A stretch of DNA of 40,679 bases. Source: an uncultured Caldilineaceae bacterium (GTDB lineage Bacteria > Chloroflexota > Anaerolineae > Caldilineales > Caldilineaceae). Positions 17,882 to 25,010 of the stretch are shown in pieces. Below the pieces are notes generated by a model. That model was not told the origin of the DNA. It worked only from the letters and a program-made list of their open reading frames with translations, and searched no databases. Within the stretch, counting starts at the first letter, position 1. The number at the start of each line of letters is the position of its first letter. The stretch is from NCBI GenBank assembly GCA_964551895.1, contig CAZKEX010000001.1, forward strand, positions 5,020-45,698. The letters are read 5' to 3'. Made by a program: the position numbers and the translations under genes.

Positions 17882-19129
17882 ATGCCCAAATCCACGTCCA
17901 ACCTGACCAAACCGATCCTCGCCATCCTCCTGGCCGCCCTGGTGATCGGTGGTTGCGCGGCCGGGGATCGGGTGGACAATCTGGTGCGCCGGGCGCGCAC
18001 GGAGATCAACAGCCTGCGGCCCAAGCCGGACTTTGTGCCCACGCCCCTGGCCGCCGCGCCCATCCTGCCCACGTACACGCCCACACCAATGCCGGTCCCG
18101 GCCACACCCGTCCCAGAAGCCGAACCTGCCTCTGCGCCGACACCTGCGCCCACACCGACACCGGCCCACCGCGCCGCCGGAGCCGCCGCCAGCCTCACTG
18201 GCTTCTCCCACATGTGGCAGACGTGGAACAACTGCGGCCCGGCCACCCTGGCCATGAACCTGAGCTTCTTCGGCAGCGCCTTGGACCAGGCCGCGGTCGC
18301 CGCCACCATGCGCCCCAACCCAGACGACAAGAATGTCAGCCCCCACGAGATGGCCGACTTCGCCCACAGCCAAGGCTACCTGGCCCGCACCCAGGTCAAC
18401 GGCACGTCGGATCTCCTGCGTACTCTCCTGGCCAACGGCCTCCCGGTGATCGTGGAGACCTGGCACGAGGAAGACCCCAACGACGGCATGGGCCACTATC
18501 GCCTGCTCACGGGCTACGACGATCCCGGCCAACGCTGGATCGCCTTCGACTCCTTCGACGCCAAGGATCTGATCAACCCCGGCGGCGCGTACCAGGGCAT
18601 CACCGTGCCCTATGCCAACTTCGACGAGCTGTGGCGGGTTTTCAACCGGGCGGCCGTGATCATCTACACGCCGGAGCAGGCCGATCTGGTCGCCAGCATC
18701 CTCGGCCCACAGGCGGACGACGGGGCCATGTGGACCGCATCCCTGGCCCAGGCCCAGACCGAAGCCCAGGCCAACCCGGCGGACCCCTTCGCCCCCTTCA
18801 ACCAGGGCAGCAGCCTGATGGCCCTGGGCCGTCCCGAGGAGGCCGCGGCCGCCTTTGACCGTGCCCGCCGCCTGGGGTTGCCCTGGCGCATGCTCTGGTA
18901 TCAGTTTGGCCCCTTCGAAGCCTACTTCGCCACAGGCCGCTTCGCCGAAATGGTGGCCCTGGCCGACGCCACCCTGGGCAACGTCACCCATGTGGAAGAG
19001 CTGCACTATTGGCGGGGCATGGCCCTGCAAGCCCTGGGCGACACCGACGCCGCACGCCGCGCCCTCCAAAAAGCCGTCGAACTCAACCCCCACTTCCAAC
19101 CCGCCCTCGACGCCCTCACCACCCCCTGA
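17882..19129 (+). CDS. Lipoprotein with C39-like cysteine peptidase domain and C-terminal TPR repeats
   Basis: ORF 17837..19129. I moved the start to ATG 17882 (MPKSTSNLTKPILAILLAALVIGGC, lipobox). WNNCGPATLAMNLSFFG is a C39-like catalytic Cys context. TPR-like repeats run from LMALGRPEEAAAAFDRARRL to ALGDTDAARRALQKAVELNP. Confidence 0.75.
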   Translation: MPKSTSNLTKPILAILLAALVIGGCAAGDRVDNLVRRARTEINSLRPKPDFVPTPLAAAPILPTYTPTPMPVPATPVPEAEPASAPTPAPTPTPAHRAAGAAASLTGFSHMWQTWNNCGPATLAMNLSFFGSALDQAAVAATMRPNPDDKNVSPHEMADFAHSQGYLARTQVNGTSDLLRTLLANGLPVIVETWHEEDPNDGMGHYRLLTGYDDPGQRWIAFDSFDAKDLINPGGAYQGITVPYANFDELWRVFNRAAVIIYTPEQADLVASILGPQADDGAMWTASLAQAQTEAQANPADPFAPFNQGSSLMALGRPEEAAAAFDRARRLGLPWRMLWYQFGPFEAYFATGRFAEMVALADATLGNVTHVEELHYWRGMALQALGDTDAARRALQKAVELNPHFQPALDALTTP

Positions 19130-19196
19130 CAATCTCTTAATCTCTCAATCTCCCAATCTCGCCCCGGAGATTGGGAGATTGGGAGATTAGGAGATT
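19130..19196. repeat. Inverted pair of octamer arrays (AATCTCNN x4 / GAGATTGG x4) forming a ~30-bp stem
   Basis: caatctcttaatctctcaatctcccaatctc-gccccg-gagattgggagattgggagattaggagatt. The last unit provides AGGAG 5 nt upstream of the murJ ATG. Confidence 0.9.
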
Positions 19197-19198
19197 TC

Positions 19199-20752
19199 AT
19201 GTCCACCACGCCCCACCCCACCCAGACCGAACGCCGCCGCCATATATTGGGCAACACCCTTGTGGTCACCACCGCCTTTGGTCTGGCCGCGGCTATGGGA
19301 TTGGTGCGCAACATGATCATCGCCGCCCGCTTTGGCATTGGCCCGGAGTTGGATGCCTTTTACGCCGCCTTCAAGCTGCCGGATCTGCTCTTCACCGTGG
19401 TGGCCGGGGGAGCGCTGGCCACGGCCTTCATCCCCGTCTTCGCCAGCTTCCTGGCCGACGATGACCGGATCGGCGCGTGGCGCTTTGCCAGCGCGGTCAC
19501 CAACCTGGTTGTCCTGGTCGTCGCCCTCTTCGCCGCCCTGGCCGCCCTGACCGCCCCCTGGCTGGTGCGCACCCTGATCGCCCCCGGCTTTGACCCCGGC
19601 CTGCAAGCCCAGACCGCGGAGCTCATGCGCCTGGTCCTGGTCAGCACGGTGATCTTCGGTGTCAGCGCGGTGCAGGGCAGCGTTCTCCACGGCTTCAAGC
19701 ACTTTCTCATGCCCGCCCTGGCCCCGGTCCTCTATCCGGTCGGCATCATTGTGGGCGCGGTCTGGCTGGCCCCCAGCTTGGGTGTGCGGGGCCTGGCCCT
19801 GGGCGCGATCCTGGGCGCGGCCCTCCATCTGGCCGTCAAGCTGCCCATCCTGATCCGCTACGGCTTCCGCTGGTGGCCCGTGCTGGACCTGAAGACGCCC
19901 CCCATGCGCCGGACGCTGCGCCTGATGGGACCCCGCATCCTGGATCTGGCCGTCTTCCAGCTCTCCATGCTGGCCATCACCAACCTGGCCTCCCGCCTGG
20001 ACCCCGGCAGCGTCAGCGCGCTGGAATGGGGCTGGGAGTTCATGCAACTGCCCGAAACCCTGATCGGCACCGCCTTTGGCCTGGTCGCCTTCCCCACCCT
20101 GGCCGACCTGGCCGCCCGGCGGGACATCCCCGGTCTGCGGGCCACCCTGGGCGAAACCCTGCGCACCATCCTCTTTCTCACCGTCCCCGCGGCCTGCGGC
20201 CTGATCCTGCTCGGTCGCCCCCTCCTCGAACTGCTCTACCAGCGGGGCCAGTTCGACGCCGCCTCCACCGACGCCGTCTACACCGCCCTGGTCTTCTGGA
20301 CCGTCGGCCTCATGGCCCACGCCGGGATCGAGATCGCTGCCCGAGCCTTCTTCGCCCAGGAGGACACGGTGACACCACTGCTGATCACCGCGGGCGCGGG
20401 CGTGGTGGGCATCGGCCTGGGACTGGCCCTCATGGGTCCACTGGGCCACGGCGGGCTGGCCCTGGGCAACTCCCTGGCCGTCAGCGCAGAGTTGGTGGTT
20501 TTGCTTTGGATATTGAGGAGACGGTGGGGCGGTGTTGAGGGTTGGGAAACAGCCAAATCTTTGGGTCGCACAACTTTGGGGGCCGGGGTGATGGCTGCGG
20601 TCGTCTACGGCCTGATCGGGTGGGCAGAGGGGGCCAGCATCGGGCCGCTGCTCACCCTGATCTTGGGGGCCGGGGTGGGCGGTGTGGTCTATTTGGGTGT
20701 GGGGATGGCGCTGAATCCGGCGGCATTTGGCAATTTGCGAAAATTGAAGTAA
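19199..20752 (+). CDS. murJ: Lipid II flippase MurJ (MviN family)
   Basis: 517-aa polytopic protein. The N-terminal block LVRNMIIAARFGIGPELDAFYAAFKLPDLLFTVVAGGALATAFIPVF is typical of MurJ. Confidence 0.9.
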   Translation: MSTTPHPTQTERRRHILGNTLVVTTAFGLAAAMGLVRNMIIAARFGIGPELDAFYAAFKLPDLLFTVVAGGALATAFIPVFASFLADDDRIGAWRFASAVTNLVVLVVALFAALAALTAPWLVRTLIAPGFDPGLQAQTAELMRLVLVSTVIFGVSAVQGSVLHGFKHFLMPALAPVLYPVGIIVGAVWLAPSLGVRGLALGAILGAALHLAVKLPILIRYGFRWWPVLDLKTPPMRRTLRLMGPRILDLAVFQLSMLAITNLASRLDPGSVSALEWGWEFMQLPETLIGTAFGLVAFPTLADLAARRDIPGLRATLGETLRTILFLTVPAACGLILLGRPLLELLYQRGQFDAASTDAVYTALVFWTVGLMAHAGIEIAARAFFAQEDTVTPLLITAGAGVVGIGLGLALMGPLGHGGLALGNSLAVSAELVVLLWILRRRWGGVEGWETAKSLGRTTLGAGVMAAVVYGLIGWAEGASIGPLLTLILGAGVGGVVYLGVGMALNPAAFGNLRKLK

Positions 20753-20859
20753 ACAGATACTCATGTAGCTTGGGGGACAGAGACCAGTTGCCCCCGTTCA
20801 AACAAATCGCTGGCTAGAGCCGCGATGCAATGGATCCAGCCCACAAGGAGACCACACCC

Positions 20860-21990
20860 ATGAGCGAGTACCAATACTACGAATGGCAGACCATCGACCG
20901 TCCCCTGACCAGCCAAGAGCGGGCAGCGGTGAATCGGCTCTCCAGCCATATTGATGTGACGTCAACCCGGGCCCAGGTTGACTATAGCTGGGGAGATTTC
21001 AAGCACGATCCCATGGACGTGCTGGCCGACTACTTTGATGCCTATCTCTACATCGCCAACTGGGGCAGCCGAGAGTTGGCCTTCCGCTTTCCCCAGGATC
21101 TGCTCCAGGTGGAGGCAATTCAGCCCTATCTGGTTCAGGATTATGTCACCCTGGAGCGCCGCAAAGGTCGCTGGATTCTGGCCTTCGATATGGCTGACGA
21201 AGACGATTGGTTCGACTGGATCGAACCCGGATCGGATCTGAGTGATTTCGCCTCCCTGCGTGGGGACATCCTGCGGGGAGATTATCGGGTACTTTATCTG
21301 GCTTGGCTGCGAGGGATGGAGATTCTTTCGTCATACGAGGAGGAGGAGGAGGAGCTGGAGCCCCCGGTCCCGGCGGGGCTGGGCAAGTTGACCGCGCCGC
21401 TCCAAACCTTTGTCAATTGGAGCGGGCTAGACGCGCAACTGCTCAAGGCGGCACAAAAGGACAGCCCCGCCGCCCTTTCCGCCGCCCACCCGCCCAGCGA
21501 GACGGACTGGAAAGCCGGGATCGCTCAACTTTCCCGAGAGGAATGCGAGTCGTTCCTGCTGCGGCTCGTGGCGGATGAAGCCCATCTCTCCCTGGCCCTG
21601 CGCCGTCGGCTGACGCAAGAAGCGGGCAGCCCACCCCTCGATCCATCCGTTTCTCAGCGCACCCTGGCCGAACTGATCAAGACCCAGGAGACGCTGCGCG
21701 AAGCCGAAAGTCAGCGCAGGGCCGAGGCCGCCCGCAAAAAGCAAGAGCAGACCATGGCAGATCTGGCCCAGCGGGAAGAAGCCATCTGGCACGAAGTAGA
21801 AACCCGTTTGGCCGGCTCGTACAAACCCAAAGACTACGACTTCGCCACCGCCGAACTGGCCAGACTCCACCAGTTGGCCGTATACCGACAGAGCCTGCCC
21901 ACCTTCCAGCGGCGGTTCGACGCGTTGATCGGACCTTACCGCGGCCGGTCCAGCCTCATGGCCCGCCTTGAACGCGTTGGGATACGGTGA
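20860..21990 (+). CDS. Hypothetical protein (conserved-looking N-terminal domain, charged coiled C-terminal half)
   Basis: ORF 20830..21990. I moved the start to ATG 20860, which has AAGGAG at 20845-20850. It begins MSEYQYYEWQTIDRPLTSQERAAVNRLSSHIDV. No family confidently recognised. Confidence 0.75.
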   Translation: MSEYQYYEWQTIDRPLTSQERAAVNRLSSHIDVTSTRAQVDYSWGDFKHDPMDVLADYFDAYLYIANWGSRELAFRFPQDLLQVEAIQPYLVQDYVTLERRKGRWILAFDMADEDDWFDWIEPGSDLSDFASLRGDILRGDYRVLYLAWLRGMEILSSYEEEEEELEPPVPAGLGKLTAPLQTFVNWSGLDAQLLKAAQKDSPAALSAAHPPSETDWKAGIAQLSREECESFLLRLVADEAHLSLALRRRLTQEAGSPPLDPSVSQRTLAELIKTQETLREAESQRRAEAARKKQEQTMADLAQREEAIWHEVETRLAGSYKPKDYDFATAELARLHQLAVYRQSLPTFQRRFDALIGPYRGRSSLMARLERVGIR

Positions 21991-22004
21991 GATTTTCTAA
22001 AAAG

Positions 22005-22102
22005 TAGCCACGAAGAAGCGAAGACGAGAAGGTCCACGAAGAGAGGGGATTTCTTCCCTCTTTTTCTTCGTGGACCTTCTCATCTTCGCTTCTTCGTGGC
22101 TA
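22005..22102. terminator. ~98-bp near-perfect palindrome between convergent genes (likely bidirectional terminator / repeat-family member)
   Basis: tagccacgaagaagcgaagacgagaaggtccacgaagagaggg ... ccctctttttcttcgtggaccttctcatcttcgcttcttcgtggcta, with ~40-bp arms. It lies between the stop at 21990 and the hypE stop at 22146. Confidence 0.7.
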
Positions 22103-22145
22103 TCTGATCAGCCGCTCTAAACCAGGTACCAAAGGCAAACAGAAC

Positions 22146-23210
22146 TCAACAGATCCGCGGCAACTGCTCCCCACTCAGCATGTCCACCACCCGCATGCCG
22201 CCGATGCGGCTGCGCAGGAAGACCCGGCCCAGATGCTCGTCCACCACCTCGCCGATGATGGCGGCTTCCTCGCCAAGGGGATGGGCGCGCATGATTGCCA
22301 AGGCCTCGTCCGCCGCTTCCGGGGCGACGATGGCCAGGAACTTGCCCTCGTTGGCCACGTAGAGGGGGTCGAAGCCCAGGATCTCGCAGGCCCCCCGCAC
22401 GTCCTCCCAGATCGGGATCTCCTTCTCCACCAGACGCATACCCAACCGGGCCTGGACCGCAATCTCGTTCAACGTGCTGGACAGGCCGCCCCGGGTCGGG
22501 TCCCGCAGGACGTGGACCTTCTCCCCCAGCCCGGCCAGCAGATCCCCAACCAACCCGTTCAGGGCCGCGGAATCGCTCTCCAAGGTGGTCTCAAACTCCA
22601 GCCCCTCCCGCACGCTCATGATGGCGATGCCGTGGACGGCGATGGCCCCGTTGATCAGGATCTTGTCCCCGGGCCGGGCGCGCCGGGGGGCCACGTCGAT
22701 GCCCTCGGGGATGCGCCCGATGGCCGAGGTGTTGATATAGATGCCGTCGCCCTTGCCCCGGTCCACCACCTTGGTGTCCCCGGTGACGATGGAGACCCCG
22801 GCGGCCCGGGCCGCGGCCTGCATAGACTGCACGATCTGCCACAGGGTCTGCATGGGCAGCCCTTCCTCGATGATCATGCCCACGGAGAGGACTTGGGGCG
22901 CCGCGCCGCACATGGCAATGTCGTTCACCGTGCCGTGGATGGACAGGGAGCCGATGTCACCGCCGGGGAAGAAGAGGGGGTGGATCACAAAGGAGTCGGT
23001 GGAAAAGGCCAGCCGTCCGGCCTCCACCCGCAAGATCGCGCCGTCGTTGAGCTGTTCCAGCGCCACGTTGTCAAAGGCGGGCACAAACATCTTCTCGATC
23101 AACATCTGGCTCATGCGCCCGCCGCCGCCGTGGGCCATGAGTATATGGGGATAGTCGCTGATGGGAATGGGGCAGGCCGCGCCGGTGAAGTCGGGTAGGG
23201 TACGGGACAT
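22146..23210 (-). CDS. hypE: Hydrogenase maturation carbamoyl dehydratase HypE
   Basis: 354 aa with an AIR-synthase-like fold. Motifs ILMAHGGGG and the diagnostic C-terminal PRIC are present. Confidence 0.95.
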   Translation of the reverse strand: MSRTLPDFTGAACPIPISDYPHILMAHGGGGRMSQMLIEKMFVPAFDNVALEQLNDGAILRVEAGRLAFSTDSFVIHPLFFPGGDIGSLSIHGTVNDIAMCGAAPQVLSVGMIIEEGLPMQTLWQIVQSMQAAARAAGVSIVTGDTKVVDRGKGDGIYINTSAIGRIPEGIDVAPRRARPGDKILINGAIAVHGIAIMSVREGLEFETTLESDSAALNGLVGDLLAGLGEKVHVLRDPTRGGLSSTLNEIAVQARLGMRLVEKEIPIWEDVRGACEILGFDPLYVANEGKFLAIVAPEAADEALAIMRAHPLGEEAAIIGEVVDEHLGRVFLRSRIGGMRVVDMLSGEQLPRIC

Positions 23211-23241
23211 GGTAGGGAAAAAAGTCCTTCCTGGGTTGGGG

Positions 23242-23337
23242 AAGGAGTAATGAGTAATGGGTAATTGTGGTATGGGAGAAACTTCAGCAATCTACAAGTC
23301 CCCGCCACCACCCATTACTTATTACTCCTTACTCATT
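23242..23337. repeat. Inverted pair of TAATGAG/TAAGGAG heptamer arrays between hypD and hypE
   Basis: Left array aaggagtaatgagtaatgggtaatt (23242-23266); right array cccattacttattactccttactcatt (23311-23337). The right array overlaps the hypD 3' end and encodes its last codons M-S-K-E-stop. Confidence 0.9.
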
Positions 23338-24428
23338 TCGATAGTCACGCGCCCATACTGATAATACGCCGCGCACGCGCCTTCGGACGAGACCATGGGC
23401 GCGCCGAGGGGCCGGTCCGGGGTGCAGAGGGTGCCGAAGGCGGGGCAGTCGTTGGGCTTTTGGAGGCCCTGCATGATCTCGCCGGCGATGCAGATCTCCG
23501 ATTCTTCGGCGGTGATGCCGGCGACCTGGAAGCGGGCTTCGGCGTCGAAGGCGGCATACTCCGGGCGCAGGCTGTAGCCGCTGGCCGGGATGACCCCGAT
23601 CCCCCGCCACGCCCGATCTGTGACCTGGAAGACCTGGCCCATGAGGGTCTGGGCAGGCAGGTTCCCCGCCCGGTTGACCGCCCGCACGTACTGATTTTCC
23701 ACGCCCCAACGCCCCTCTTCCAGCATGGCCACGGTCATGTAGATGCCTTGGAGCAGGTCCAAGGGTTCAAAGCCGGTGATGACCAAAGGCGTGCGGTATT
23801 GCTCGGCGATGGGCTCGTACTCCCAATAGCCCATGATGGCGCAGACGTGGCCAGCGGCCAGAAAGCCCTGGACCAGGCTGTTCGGCGATCCCAAGATGGC
23901 CTGCATGGCCGGGGGAACCAGCACGTGGGAGCTGAGAATGGAGAAGTTGGTCACGCCCAAATGGTTGGCCTGCCAGACCGCGGCCGCGTTGGCCGGGGCC
24001 GTGGTCTCGAAGCCCACGGCAAAGAAGACCACCTGTTTGTCCGGGTTCTGCTGGGCCAGCTTCACCGCGTCCAAGGGCGAATAGACCATGCGCACATCCC
24101 CGCCCCCGGCCTTGACACTGAGCAGGTCGGTGGTGGAGCCGGGCACCCGCATCATGTCGCCGAAGGAGGTGAAGATCACCTCCGGGCGCTGGGCGATGGC
24201 CACGGCCTTGTCGATCAGCTCCAGGGGGGTCACACAGACCGGGCAGCCGGGGCCGTGGACCAGGGTGATCAGCTCGGGCAACATGCGGTCGATGCCAAAC
24301 TTGATCAGCGTGTGGGTCTGCCCGCCGCAGATCTCCATCAGCGTCCACGGTCGGGTGGTGATCTGCTCGATGGCCCGGATAAATTTTTGCACATCGGCTT
24401 CGTTGCGGTATTCGTCGATGAATTTCAT
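23322..24428 (-). CDS. hypD: Hydrogenase maturation factor HypD
   Basis: 368 aa. [29 protein letters not shown] and the C-terminal [10 protein letters not shown] are canonical HypD motifs. Confidence 0.95.
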   Translation of the reverse strand: MKFIDEYRNEADVQKFIRAIEQITTRPWTLMEICGGQTHTLIKFGIDRMLPELITLVHGPGCPVCVTPLELIDKAVAIAQRPEVIFTSFGDMMRVPGSTTDLLSVKAGGGDVRMVYSPLDAVKLAQQNPDKQVVFFAVGFETTAPANAAAVWQANHLGVTNFSILSSHVLVPPAMQAILGSPNSLVQGFLAAGHVCAIMGYWEYEPIAEQYRTPLVITGFEPLDLLQGIYMTVAMLEEGRWGVENQYVRAVNRAGNLPAQTLMGQVFQVTDRAWRGIGVIPASGYSLRPEYAAFDAEARFQVAGITAEESEICIAGEIMQGLQKPNDCPAFGTLCTPDRPLGAPMVSSEGACAAYYQYGRVTIEMSKE

Positions 24429-24446
24429 GGGATTCCTTATGTAAAA

Positions 24447-24530
24447 AATGAGTAAGGCGTAATGAGTAATTTTGCGTTGGAAAGCACTTGCCGACGAAAC
24501 AACGCAAATTACTCATTACGCCTTACTCGT
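24447..24530. repeat. Inverted pair of TAATGAG/TAAGGCG heptamer arrays between hypC and hypD
   Basis: aatgagtaaggcgtaatgagtaattttgcgtt (24447-24478) is almost perfectly complementary to aacgcaaattactcattacgccttactcgt (24501-24530). Confidence 0.9.
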
Positions 24531-24539
24531 TTGCCCTTA

Positions 24540-24794
24540 CTACGGTTGCGCAATCTCCAACTCCGCCAACTCCTCCATTTCGGCCAGGTATTGGAAGACG
24601 ATCTTGGCCTCCTCCTCGTCTACCTGGCTGATGGCGAAGCCCACGTGGACGAGTACATAGTCGCCGACCTGGGCTTCGGGGGTGTAGGCTAGACAGACAT
24701 CCTTCTGGATGCCGGAGAAGTTGACCCGGCCCATGGGCATGCCATCTGGGTTGGGGTCAATACGGGTGATCTTGCCGGGTACGCCGAGACACAT
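24540..24794 (-). CDS. hypC: Hydrogenase maturation chaperone HypC/HupF
   Basis: ORF 24540..24926. I moved the start to ATG 24794 (AGGAG upstream), giving the obligatory N-terminal MCLGVPG. Length is 84 aa. Confidence 0.92.
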   Translation of the reverse strand: MCLGVPGKITRIDPNPDGMPMGRVNFSGIQKDVCLAYTPEAQVGDYVLVHVGFAISQVDEEEAKIVFQYLAEMEELAELEIAQP

Positions 24795-24813
24795 GATGGT
24801 TCTCCTAAATTCG

Positions 24814-25010
24814 TAGGTGCGGTTTTTAACCGCACAAATGAGTTGGGTGCGCTCAAAATGAGTTGGCGGAGTCGGCATCCCTTCGACGGGCTCAGGACAC
24901 CGCCTCAGATGCCGAGCCGTTCGCATTTGAGAATGCTCACTCCTCGGCGTAACTCATCTTGAACACACCCAAATGAGTCAAGCGGATCGTGCGGTTGAAA
25001 ACCGCACCTA
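24814..25010. mobile_element. ~197-bp MITE-like element with 22-bp terminal inverted repeats, inserted between hypF and hypC
   Basis: TIRs are taggtgcggtttttaaccgcac (24814-24835) and gtgcggttgaaaaccgcaccta (24989-25010), matching at 21/22 positions. Each TIR is itself a small hairpin. The right TIR contains the hypF stop codon (25008-25010). Confidence 0.7.
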
